Of a stretch of DNA of 64,000 nt, positions 9,583-19,063 are shown piece after piece (position 1 is the first letter of the stretch; each line of letters starts with the position of its first letter). This DNA comes from an uncultured Gammaproteobacteria bacterium (lineage in GTDB: Bacteria > Pseudomonadota > Gammaproteobacteria > Steroidobacterales > Rariloculaceae): positions 1,675,154-1,739,153 of the forward strand of contig CAWAJM010000001.1 in assembly GCA_963782445.1 (NCBI GenBank), written 5' to 3'. Under the pieces are notes generated by a model. The model ran no database searches. It saw only the letters and a list, made by a program, of their open reading frames with translations, and was not told the origin of the DNA. The position numbers were made by a program, and so were the translations under genes.

Positions 9583-11091
9583 ATGAACACACCCGTTAGT
9601 CAAAAAGAAATCAACCAGGCCGTGTGGGAGGCGTGCGACACCTTCCGAGGCGTCGTCGATCCGAGCATCTACAAGGACTACGTCCTCACGATGCTCTTCC
9701 TGAAATACATCTCCGATGTCTGGCAAGACCACTACGACGGCTACCAGAAAGAGTATGGCGACAATCCGGAACTGATCGCCGAGATGCTCAAGAACGAGCG
9801 CTTCGTGCTGCCCAAAGACGCCAGCTTCTACGCGCTCTATGAACGGCGCTTCGAAGCTGGCAACGGCGAGCGTATCGATAAAGCGCTGCATGCCATCGAA
9901 GAAGCCAACATCCACAAGCTGCAGGACGTGTTTCAGGACATCAGCTTCAACAGCACACGGCTCGGTGATGAAGCGCAGAAGAACGACATACTGCGCCACA
10001 TTCTCGAAGACTTTGCCAAGGACGATCTGAACCTGCGGCCAAGCCGTATCGGCAAGCTCGACATCATCGGCAATGCCTACGAATTTCTCATCAAGAACTT
10101 CGCGGCGACCGGCGGCAAGAAGGCCGGTGAATTCTATACACCGCCCGAAGTGTCCGAACTGATCGCCGAGCTTGTCGACCCGCAGGAAGGCGATGAAATC
10201 TGCGACCCGGCCTGCGGCTCTGCCTCGCTGTTGATGAAGTGCGGCAAACAGATTCAGAAGAAGGGCTCACGCAAATACGCCCTCTATGGTCAGGAAGCCA
10301 TTGGAAGCACCTGGGCGCTCGCCAAGATGAACATGTTCCTGCACGGCGAAGACAACCACCGCATCGAGTGGGGCGACACGATTCGCAACCCCAAGCTGCT
10401 TGATGGCGAAGACAGTCTCAAGCTCTTCGACATCGTCGTCGCCAATCCGCCCTTCAGCCTGGAGAAGTGGGGCCATGAGAAAGCCGAATCCGACAAGTTC
10501 GGGCGTTTTCGGCGCGGCGTGCCGCCCAGAACGAAAGGAGACTATGCCTTCGTCCTCCACATGATCGAAACCATGAAGCCCAAGACGGGCCGCATGGGTG
10601 TCGTCGTGCCGCACGGCGTCCTGTTTCGCGGCGCAGCCGAAGGCAAGATCAGAAGAAAGCTGATTGATGAGAATCTGCTCGATGCCGTCATTGGTCTGCC
10701 GGAAAAGCTCTTCTACGGGACAGGCATTCCGGCAGCCATTCTGGTGTTCCGCAAGAACAAGAAGGCGAAGAACGTCCTCTTCATCGACGCCAGCCGAGAG
10801 TACAAGGATGGCAAGAACCAGAATGCGCTAACGGACGAGAACATCGCCAAAGTAATGGCTACCTATCACGCGCGGGCCGACGTGGAGAAGTACGCGCACC
10901 TGGCCGCTCTCGATGAGATCAAGGAGAACGACTACAACCTCAACATTCCGCGCTACGTTGATACGTTTGAAGAAGAGAAAGAGATCGACCTGATGACGGT
11001 GCGCGCCGAGCGCGAACACCTTAAGAAGGAGCTCGTGGCACTAGAAGAAGAAATGGACGGCTACCTTAAGGACCTTGGTTATGGTTCCTGA
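9583..11091 (+). CDS. hsdM: Type I RM methyltransferase subunit
   Basis: LFLKYISD, GEFYTPPEV, DPACGS, ANPPF and YNLNIPRY motifs. Confidence 0.97.
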   Translation: MNTPVSQKEINQAVWEACDTFRGVVDPSIYKDYVLTMLFLKYISDVWQDHYDGYQKEYGDNPELIAEMLKNERFVLPKDASFYALYERRFEAGNGERIDKALHAIEEANIHKLQDVFQDISFNSTRLGDEAQKNDILRHILEDFAKDDLNLRPSRIGKLDIIGNAYEFLIKNFAATGGKKAGEFYTPPEVSELIAELVDPQEGDEICDPACGSASLLMKCGKQIQKKGSRKYALYGQEAIGSTWALAKMNMFLHGEDNHRIEWGDTIRNPKLLDGEDSLKLFDIVVANPPFSLEKWGHEKAESDKFGRFRRGVPPRTKGDYAFVLHMIETMKPKTGRMGVVVPHGVLFRGAAEGKIRRKLIDENLLDAVIGLPEKLFYGTGIPAAILVFRKNKKAKNVLFIDASREYKDGKNQNALTDENIAKVMATYHARADVEKYAHLAALDEIKENDYNLNIPRYVDTFEEEKEIDLMTVRAEREHLKKELVALEEEMDGYLKDLGYGS

Positions 11092-12319
11092 GGGATGGCA
11101 AAAGGTGCGGCTCGGCGATCTCTTCCAGAATAGCAAGGAGAAGGGTAAGTCGGGATTGCAGACTATGTCTGTCACGCTCACCGATGGCCTCGTACCGAGA
11201 GATTCTCGCGAACGTAAGACAGACACAAATCTGGTACCGGAGGAGCACCTTCGCCTGCGCCCCGGATACATCGCGTACAACATGATGCGCATGTGGCAGG
11301 GAGCATCCGGCCTCGCCCGGAGCGACTCACTTGTCAGCCCAGCCTACGTTGTCCTCAAGCCAACACGAAAGGTAGACCCGCTATTCGCTTCGTACTTCTT
11401 TAAGGCAGCGCGAACAGTCTATTTGTTTTGGGCTTATTCGTACGGTCTAACCAAAGACAGGTTGCGACTTTACTACCCGGACTTTTCAATCATCGCAGTG
11501 GTCGTACCGCCGGTTCCTGAGCAACAGAGGATTGGCGAAGTTCTATCAACTTGGGACCGCGCCATTCAGAGGGTCGAAGCGCTTATCGACGCCAGCGAAC
11601 GACAGAAGAAGGCACTGATCCAACAACTTCTTTGCGGCACAACGCGTCTACCGGGGTTTGGCCCGCCTGCGTCGGACGATAGTTTTCCATCTGATTGGAG
11701 CCGTGTGTCGCTCGGGCAGATCGGCCACTGTGTTACGGGCTTGACCTACTCTCCCGATGATGTGGTTGACGACGGATTGTTGGTGCTTAGGTCCTCTAAC
11801 ATCGCCGGAAATGAGATCGCTCTGAACGACAATGTTTACGTCAGCACGAAGGTATCGCAGGAGTCGCTGACGCGCGTCAACGACATCCTCGTCTGCGTGC
11901 GAAATGGAAGTAAACAACTGATCGGCAAGAACGCGCTCATAACAAACGAGTCTGCCGGCCTCGCGCACGGCGCTTTCATGACGCTGTTTCGGTCGGACGA
12001 AAACTCATACGTCGCTCATTTGCTCCAGTCCGATATGTTCCGTAGGCAAGTCCACCGGAATCTTGGGGCGACGATCAATTCGATCAACACGAGCGACCTC
12101 AAACGCTTTGCATTTCCGTGGCCATCGGCCGAGGAACGAATCGCAATAGCAAACGTGTTATCAGGCGCTCAGAAAGAGATTGATCTTTATCAGAAGAACC
12201 TCTCCGCGTTGCATCAAGAAAAGCAAGCTCTAATGCAGCAGCTCCTGTCCGGCGAGCGGCGTGTAAAGGTGGACAGAGATGTTGAACGCGTGGTGCAGGA
12301 GGCAGCCGCGCATGGCTGA
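11075..12319 (+). CDS. hsdS: Type I RM specificity subunit
   Basis: Two TRDs with conserved repeats (PEGWQKVRLGD, PPVPEQQRI, KALIQQLL, QALMQQLLSG); visibly lower GC than its neighbours. Confidence 0.95.
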   Translation: MVMVPEGWQKVRLGDLFQNSKEKGKSGLQTMSVTLTDGLVPRDSRERKTDTNLVPEEHLRLRPGYIAYNMMRMWQGASGLARSDSLVSPAYVVLKPTRKVDPLFASYFFKAARTVYLFWAYSYGLTKDRLRLYYPDFSIIAVVVPPVPEQQRIGEVLSTWDRAIQRVEALIDASERQKKALIQQLLCGTTRLPGFGPPASDDSFPSDWSRVSLGQIGHCVTGLTYSPDDVVDDGLLVLRSSNIAGNEIALNDNVYVSTKVSQESLTRVNDILVCVRNGSKQLIGKNALITNESAGLAHGAFMTLFRSDENSYVAHLLQSDMFRRQVHRNLGATINSINTSDLKRFAFPWPSAEERIAIANVLSGAQKEIDLYQKNLSALHQEKQALMQQLLSGERRVKVDRDVERVVQEAAAHG

Positions 12320-15300
12320 GAATCGCATGACACCCGAGACGAAAGAGGAGTGCAGCGCGCAGATTCCGGCGCTGCAGCTTCTTGTCGCCTTGGGCTGGGA
12401 GTTCATGTCGGCTGCTGATTGCCTCGCAGCGCGTGGCGGCAGTCAGGATGTCGTATTGACGGGTGTGCTGGTTGAGGAACTGCGCAAGCGGCGCTTTGAG
12501 TACAAGGGTAAGTCCTATCCGCTGTCCACCAACGCGATTGACCAGATCGTGCGCGAGCTTTCGGCTGTCGCACTGCATGAAGGGCTCGGGGCGGCCAATG
12601 AGAAGCTGTACAACAAGATCACGCTGGGCGTGACGGTTACCGAGTTCATCAACGGGAAGAGGCACTCTCCGACCATTCCGGTCATTGACTGGGATGATGT
12701 CGACAACAACAGCTTTGTCGTCACCGAGGAGCTGGAGGTGTTGTCATCGGGCGGGACGCATACGCGCCGTCCTGATGTTGTCTGCTATGTGAACGGTCTG
12801 CCGCTCGTCGTGATCGAGGTCAAGCGGCCGGTCTCCGGCAATCCCAACAAGTCGATGATCGATGAGGGGATCAGCCAGAACATTCGCAACCAGAAAACGG
12901 ACGAGATCCCGAAGCTGTTCGCCTATTCGCAAATATTGATGGCGATCAGCGGCACCGATGCGCGATTCGGCACAACGCGCACGCCGAAGAAGTTCTGGGC
13001 CAACTGGCGCGACGAAGAGTTCGACGAGGCTTACTTCAATAAGGTGATGGACCGGCCCGTCGATGGCGGGTTCAAGGATGCACTGTTTGGGAACCGACCT
13101 GCGAAGGTGCGCAAGTATTTTGAAGGGCTGTGGAGCGGTGATCGTCTGCCGTCCGAGCAGGACAGGATGATCGTCAGCCTTCTCAGTCCGACGCGCCTGC
13201 TGGAGTTCGTACGCTTCTTCATCCTGTTCGACAGCAAGATCGGCAAGGTCGCGGCGCGCTACCAGCAGGTCTTCGGCATCAAGGCGCTGATCCGGCGTCT
13301 GCAGGTGAAAAAGAAGGGTGGCGGACGCGAAGGCGGCGTCGTTTGGCATACGACCGGTTCCGGCAAGTCGTTCACCATGGTGTTCCTGTGCAAGGCCCTG
13401 CTGCTCCATGAGGCGCTCAAGGAGTGCCGTATGGTGGTGGTGACCGACCGCGTTGATCTGGAAAAGCAGCTTTCCAGGACGTTCCTTAGCGGCGGCGCGT
13501 TCGGCAGCGCCATCGCCAGCCGCAAGGATGGTGAGAAATCAAAAGCCACTTCAGGCCGCGATCTCGCGAAGCGCATCGGCCAGGGCAAAGAGCGGATCAT
13601 CTTCACCATCATCGACAAGTTCCTGACCGCGTCGAAACAGAAGGGTTGCTACAACCCGAGCGAGGACATGATCGTGCTCGTCGATGAGGGCCATCGCGGC
13701 CACGGCGGCGAAGGCCATGAGCGGATGCGCAAGGCGTTGCCCAATGCTGCCTATGTCGCGTTCACCGGAACGCCGCTGCTCAAGGACGAAAAGACCGCCA
13801 GCAAGTTCGGGCCGATCATTCATGCCTACACCATGCAGCGTGCGATAGAGGACGGCACCGTCACACCGCTGCTTTATGAAGAGCGCAAACCGGAACTGGA
13901 CGTCAATGAGAAGGCCATCGATAACTGGTTCGAGAAGATCACTTCAGGTTTGTCCGACGAGCAGAAGAGCGACCTGAAGCAGAAGTGGGGCAAGAAAGGC
14001 CCGGTCTATGGCAGCGCCAACCGCATCGAGCTGATCGCCTGGGACATCGCCGTCCACTTCGATGAGAACGTCAAGAAGCTCGGGCAGGGCCTGAAGGGTC
14101 AGATCGCAACGGACAGCAAGCGCGCGGCTATCCGCTACAAGAAGTACCTTGATGAAACCGGGCTGGTGACGAGCGCCGTGGTGATCTCACCGCCGGATAC
14201 GCGTGAGGGCCACAGCGATGTCGATGAATCCGATCTCCCTGAAATCCAGCAATGGTGGAAGGACAACGTCAAGGGCGATGCCGAGGACTATGAACGCGGC
14301 GTGATCGAGGATTTCAGCACGGAGGGGCCGCCTGACCTGTTGATAGTCGTTGACAAGTTGCTGACCGGCTTTGATGAACCGCGCAATGCCGTGCTCTATA
14401 TCGACAAGCCGCTCAAGCAGCACAACCTCATTCAGGCGATTGCGCGCGTCAACCGCCTGCACGATGCCAAAAAGTTCGGCCTGTTGATCGACTATCGCGG
14501 CATCCTCAAGGAACTCGATACCGCGATCGCCCAGTACCAGGATTTGGCGACCCGCACGCAGGGCGGCTACGACATCAACGATATCGACGGTCTCTATCGC
14601 GCCGTCAGCGCTGAATACAAGAAGCTGCCCATGCTGCATGAGCGGCTTCTGGGGCTGTTCAGCAGCGTCAAGAACAAGCAGGATCGCGAGCAATACCGCC
14701 AGCTCCTCGTCCCGCACTATCAGGAGGACGAGAACGGCCAGAGCTTCGATACGCGGCAGAGCTTCCGCGAAGACTTCTATGAAGCGCTCACCGCCTATGG
14801 CATGTGCCTGCAGGTCGCGCTGTCATCGCGCAGCTTCTTTGAAGACACCGCGTTCTCGGAAGCTGACATCACCCGCTACAAGAAAGACCTGCGCTGGTTC
14901 ACCGACCTGCGCAAGATGGCTAAGCAGGACGCGCAGGAGACCGTCGACTACAGCGCGTATGAAGAGCAGATACGCAAGCTGGTCGACAAGCATGTCGTCG
15001 GTTCCGGCGTTGCCGAGCCTGAAGGCGTCATCGCGGTAGACGATCTCGGCAAGGCCGAAGACCCCGGCAAGTGGTCGGAAGAAAAGACCCGCAACGAAAC
15101 CGACATCATCCGCAGCCGCGTCAAGAAGACCATCGAACAGGAACTCGCCGACGATCCTTACGCGCAGATCGTGTTCTCCGAACTGCTCAAGCAGGCGATC
15201 GCCGAGGCCGAAGCGCTCTTCGATCACCCGCACAAGCAGTACATCCTCTTCAAGAAATTCGAGGATAAGGTGCGCGAGCGCGCGGTCGATGGCATCCCTG

Positions 15301-15605
15301 CGGCGCTGAACGGGAACAAGCACGCCAAAGCGTACTTTGGGGCGTTCCGGCTGTCTCTCGGAGATGCTCCGCTGAGTCCGAGCGACGAAACGGCGCGTGT
15401 GGACGATGCGCTCTTCATCGACAAGACGGTCAAGTCCGCCGTTGCCGAGCACTCGCTCAGCCCGCAGAACATCGAGACCGCGATCCGCAAGGCATTGCTG
15501 CCCTACCTGTTCGAGCGCATCGGTCTCGACCGCGCCAAGGACGTGATCGAGCAGGTGCTTCAGATCACACGTGTCGGCATCAGCCGGGGGGAGCTGCGCT
15601 CATGA
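12312..15605 (+). CDS. hsdR: Type I RM restriction subunit
   Basis: RRPDVV...IEVK nuclease motif, HTTGSGKS, DEGH, FTGTP, LLTGFD and QAIARVNR. Confidence 0.97.
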   Translation: MAENRMTPETKEECSAQIPALQLLVALGWEFMSAADCLAARGGSQDVVLTGVLVEELRKRRFEYKGKSYPLSTNAIDQIVRELSAVALHEGLGAANEKLYNKITLGVTVTEFINGKRHSPTIPVIDWDDVDNNSFVVTEELEVLSSGGTHTRRPDVVCYVNGLPLVVIEVKRPVSGNPNKSMIDEGISQNIRNQKTDEIPKLFAYSQILMAISGTDARFGTTRTPKKFWANWRDEEFDEAYFNKVMDRPVDGGFKDALFGNRPAKVRKYFEGLWSGDRLPSEQDRMIVSLLSPTRLLEFVRFFILFDSKIGKVAARYQQVFGIKALIRRLQVKKKGGGREGGVVWHTTGSGKSFTMVFLCKALLLHEALKECRMVVVTDRVDLEKQLSRTFLSGGAFGSAIASRKDGEKSKATSGRDLAKRIGQGKERIIFTIIDKFLTASKQKGCYNPSEDMIVLVDEGHRGHGGEGHERMRKALPNAAYVAFTGTPLLKDEKTASKFGPIIHAYTMQRAIEDGTVTPLLYEERKPELDVNEKAIDNWFEKITSGLSDEQKSDLKQKWGKKGPVYGSANRIELIAWDIAVHFDENVKKLGQGLKGQIATDSKRAAIRYKKYLDETGLVTSAVVISPPDTREGHSDVDESDLPEIQQWWKDNVKGDAEDYERGVIEDFSTEGPPDLLIVVDKLLTGFDEPRNAVLYIDKPLKQHNLIQAIARVNRLHDAKKFGLLIDYRGILKELDTAIAQYQDLATRTQGGYDINDIDGLYRAVSAEYKKLPMLHERLLGLFSSVKNKQDREQYRQLLVPHYQEDENGQSFDTRQSFREDFYEALTAYGMCLQVALSSRSFFEDTAFSEADITRYKKDLRWFTDLRKMAKQDAQETVDYSAYEEQIRKLVDKHVVGSGVAEPEGVIAVDDLGKAEDPGKWSEEKTRNETDIIRSRVKKTIEQELADDPYAQIVFSELLKQAIAEAEALFDHPHKQYILFKKFEDKVRERAVDGIPAALNGNKHAKAYFGAFRLSLGDAPLSPSDETARVDDALFIDKTVKSAVAEHSLSPQNIETAIRKALLPYLFERIGLDRAKDVIEQVLQITRVGISRGELRS

Positions 15606-16330
15606 GCAAGAACAGCTTCACCTACGGCGATGAGCGCTTTGACTATGACGTTTGCTTTACGCCGGATCGCAAACAGAAGATCGCCATCCATGTTCATCCG
15701 GACGCATCGATCCAGGTCGATGCGCCCGAGGGTGAAGACATGGCGCGCATCCACTGCGCCGTGCTCAAGCGCGCGCGCTGGATCAGCAATCACGTCCTGC
15801 AGGCACGGGCGCAGCGCGAGCACGTATTGCCGCGCTCCTATGTCAGCGGCGAAGGGCATTTCTATCTCGGGCGACGCTACCAGCTAAAGGTTACCGATAC
15901 GAACGGCGCGGGCCCCCAGGTCAAGCTGTGGCGTGGCCGAATCCTTGTAGAACTCGACGAACGCGCCCCCGATGCTGTGCGCAGGCAGCTTTACCGCTGG
16001 TACAGGGAGCGCGCGTCGGAAGTATTCGACCGGCGGCTGCACGAGATCGCGGAGCGAGTGCCGTGGCTTCGAGAAGTGCCGCCGCTGCGTCTGCTGAAGA
16101 TGCGCAGGCAATGGGGAAGCTGCTCGCCGCAGGGGGCCGTGTTTCTCAACCCGCATCTGGTCAAGGCGCCGCGAGAGTGCGTCGACTATGTCATCACCCA
16201 TGAGCTCTGCCATCTGAAAGAGCACAACCACTCGCGGCGCTACTATCGTCTGTTGCGCGAGATCATGCCTGGATGGGAACCCGTCAAGGCTAGGCTCGAT
16301 GGAATGGCGGAGTTACTGCTGAATGAGTGA
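15602..16330 (+). CDS. M48/YgjP (DUF45)-family Zn metallohydrolase
   Basis: WGSCS and YVITHELCHL...HNHS motifs; the usual companion gene after hsdR. Confidence 0.9.
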   Translation: MSKNSFTYGDERFDYDVCFTPDRKQKIAIHVHPDASIQVDAPEGEDMARIHCAVLKRARWISNHVLQARAQREHVLPRSYVSGEGHFYLGRRYQLKVTDTNGAGPQVKLWRGRILVELDERAPDAVRRQLYRWYRERASEVFDRRLHEIAERVPWLREVPPLRLLKMRRQWGSCSPQGAVFLNPHLVKAPRECVDYVITHELCHLKEHNHSRRYYRLLREIMPGWEPVKARLDGMAELLLNE

Positions 16331-17001
16331 GTAATGGACGTTTTTCTGTTGACAAACTGCCGGTCCGCCTGCCAAACCGTACGTCATGGGATTCAGGCCA
16401 GATGAAACGATTTGTCCTACAGAAATGGGAAGACAGGCGGGTGCCTACTGACCGGCAGCCTGCCGCAGAACTGCTCGATGAGTTTGATCGCATCCTGGGT
16501 GATGCAGCGAACGAGCGCCCGCTTCAGACATTCTTTGCCGCGCATGGCGGTCTGCTGAATTGTCTTGCTCCATCAGGCAGAGACTATTGGTGCCTTGACC
16601 GGCCGCGGCTGGGCGCTGAACTCGTTCCGGATTTTCTGGTTGCGTCGAACTGCTCGGCAGGTATCCGCTGGTCCATGGTCGAGCTTGAGAGCCCAACCAA
16701 GAAGGCGCTCACCAAGGCGGGCTTGCCAGCTAACAAGTGTGCGGAAGCGATGAAGCAAGTGCGCGATTGGCGTTCCTGGCTCACAGACAATATTGCGTAC
16801 GCGCGCGAGGAGCTTGGACTGAAGGATATAGATGCTAACTGCCGCGCCTATATCGTCATCGGCCGTCGCAGTAGCCTAGATGCAAAGCAGGTAAAAACCT
16901 ACCGCGCCTTGTCTACGGATAATACGGTCGTCATGTCCTACGACCGCCTCCGTGACGTGATCGGAAACGGCACGGTATTCGTAGGAGCCGTTAATGAATA
17001 A
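16327..17001 (+). CDS. Shedu SduA-like / DUF4263 nuclease domain protein
   Basis: E-x2-LQ, VPDF, VELESP, AMKQV, IVIGRR and SYDRL appear in the DUF4263 order. Confidence 0.8.
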   Translation: MSNGRFSVDKLPVRLPNRTSWDSGQMKRFVLQKWEDRRVPTDRQPAAELLDEFDRILGDAANERPLQTFFAAHGGLLNCLAPSGRDYWCLDRPRLGAELVPDFLVASNCSAGIRWSMVELESPTKKALTKAGLPANKCAEAMKQVRDWRSWLTDNIAYAREELGLKDIDANCRAYIVIGRRSSLDAKQVKTYRALSTDNTVVMSYDRLRDVIGNGTVFVGAVNE

Positions 17002-18856
17002 CACCGACATCGCCGCATTCTTCAACGACACCCAAGTCCAGATCTGGAGCAACCCAAACTTGCGGGAGCCGCAGATGGACGGCTATTTCGCGATCCGAAA
17101 ACATTTCAAGGAAAGCGATCAGCCTTGTTATGTGCAGCTTCCTGTCGGCTGTGGAAAAACCGGTCTGATGGGTATCGCACCGTTTGGGATTGCCAACGGT
17201 CGCGTGCTCATCATCGCCCCCAATCTCGTTATCCGCGACAACATCCGACGCGAACTCAATGTCAGCGATCCCAACTGCTTCTATACCAAGCGCGGCGTTT
17301 TCATTCCGAAGGATGGGCCCTACGTCTCCGAACTCAAGACCGGCGCCAACATGCATGATTGCGACGCCGCTCATATCGTTGTCGCGAACATTCAACAGTT
17401 TGCCGGCGCAAAGAACAAATGGTACGAAGCCCTTCCGGGCGACTATTTCGACATGATCCTTGTCGACGAGGGGCACCATAACGTCGCTCAGACCTGGACG
17501 CGGCTGTTTGAATACTTCAAGGATGCCAAGGTTGTTTCGTTCACAGCCACACCGATGCGCTCGGACGGTCAGATCGTTTCCGGTGAACGTGTCTACCGGT
17601 TCGGCTATGCCCGGTCGATGATCCTGGGTTTTATTTCACAGATTGACGCCCTGTTCGTCCAGCCTACTGAGATCACATTCACCGCACAAGGTGAAACCAA
17701 GACGCTAAGCCTTGAGAGGGTCCTTGAGATGCGCGAGAAGGACTGGTTTAGCAGAGGGATCGCATTGTCAGAACAATGTAACCGGAGCGTCGTGAACGCT
17801 TCGATACAGCAGCTCCACAACGTCCGCAAACTTGGCGCACCGCGCCAGCTTATCGCTGTCGCGTGCTCCATACGTCATGCCAGTCAAGTTGCAGCGCTGT
17901 ATAAGGAACACGGTTTGCGTGTCGAAGTCCTGCACAGCGATCTGAAGACTGAGGAGCGTGAACGGATAGAAGCAAGCCTGCGCAGCGGCCTCACAGATGT
18001 TGTGGTACAGGTGAATATTCTCGGCGAGGGATACGATTTGCCAACATTGTCTGTTGCTGCTGTTTTCAGGCCATATCGTAGCTTGTCCCCGTATGTTCAG
18101 TTTGTAGGCAGGATTCTGCGCCTGGCCGCGCCGGAAACACCGTATTCCGATGCGAATAGGGTCTATCTGGTTTCTCACATCGGGCTAAATGACGAGCGCT
18201 GGTGGAACGACTTTACGAACTTTGACAAGGACGATCAGGAGTTCTTCCGCGAGTACCTTCAGGGTGAACTTGAGGTTCAGGGCGAAGGCGAAGGCGGACC
18301 GCGCATGACTCTCAGGCCGTTTATGCGCGTGCTCCGTGAAGTTGTCGAAAGCTATCAGCGCAAGGGATACCTGAAGAAGATCGACGATGTTCTGATCGGG
18401 GATCTGTTTCAGACCATCAGGGATAAGGGCTTTGAGCCAAGTGAGTTTGGGCTTACCGAAGACATCGTGCGCGGGCGGCTAGTTGCCGCCGAGAATGAAG
18501 GACGCATTGCGGCCTTCAATCCGGTCATTCAGCCCCAGGAACGGCGGGAAGCGTTGAAGGGCCGATTGGCCCAGGAAGCTCGGTCGATTGCCGATACCGT
18601 CCTTAACCGCCTCGGTTTGTCGCACCAGGGACGAGACCTGCTGCGCTATTTCCAAGGCAGTCACAACACAGAGATCCTCATACGTATGGCGAGTTCGGAG
18701 CAGAACAATGTGATGGGTATCGGGACCGGAGAACGCCAAACTGCTAGTGCCGAGCAGTTGGAGAACGCGGTCAACGCGTCTCCGGATATCGCCGATAAGC
18801 TTTCGGCCTTGGTCAGAGGGAGGATGAAAGATGCCGCAAATGAAGCAAATGGTTAA
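16994..18856 (+). CDS. SF2 DEAD/DEAH helicase (ResIII-like)
   Basis: LPVGCGKT, DEGHH, TATP, LGEGYDLP and QFVGRILR motifs. Confidence 0.93.
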   Translation: MNNTDIAAFFNDTQVQIWSNPNLREPQMDGYFAIRKHFKESDQPCYVQLPVGCGKTGLMGIAPFGIANGRVLIIAPNLVIRDNIRRELNVSDPNCFYTKRGVFIPKDGPYVSELKTGANMHDCDAAHIVVANIQQFAGAKNKWYEALPGDYFDMILVDEGHHNVAQTWTRLFEYFKDAKVVSFTATPMRSDGQIVSGERVYRFGYARSMILGFISQIDALFVQPTEITFTAQGETKTLSLERVLEMREKDWFSRGIALSEQCNRSVVNASIQQLHNVRKLGAPRQLIAVACSIRHASQVAALYKEHGLRVEVLHSDLKTEERERIEASLRSGLTDVVVQVNILGEGYDLPTLSVAAVFRPYRSLSPYVQFVGRILRLAAPETPYSDANRVYLVSHIGLNDERWWNDFTNFDKDDQEFFREYLQGELEVQGEGEGGPRMTLRPFMRVLREVVESYQRKGYLKKIDDVLIGDLFQTIRDKGFEPSEFGLTEDIVRGRLVAAENEGRIAAFNPVIQPQERREALKGRLAQEARSIADTVLNRLGLSHQGRDLLRYFQGSHNTEILIRMASSEQNNVMGIGTGERQTASAEQLENAVNASPDIADKLSALVRGRMKDAANEANG

Positions 18857-19055
18857 GCGCACGGTTGTCGAAGCCGCCAAAGGCCCCCGGACCTGCAAGT
18901 TTACGGGCTCAGCGATTCCAAAAGGGCAGCCATGTTTGGTCCTGCACGAAGGTCCACGCGACCGGTTCAACTATTCGCAAGATACCGCCCTAAAGATGAT
19001 CAAACTCGCGCGCTCCAGACTGGATGAGCTTGAGAAACAACTAATGACAATATAG
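18831..19055 (+). CDS. Small protein resembling a degenerate PARP-type Zn finger
   Basis: 74 aa with RBS, overlapping the helicase stop. VEAAKGPRTCKFTGSAIPKGQPC resembles the VEYAKSGRASCKKC...IPK pattern. Confidence 0.6.
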   Translation: MPQMKQMVKRTVVEAAKGPRTCKFTGSAIPKGQPCLVLHEGPRDRFNYSQDTALKMIKLARSRLDELEKQLMTI

Positions 19056-19063
19056 CTAGATGT

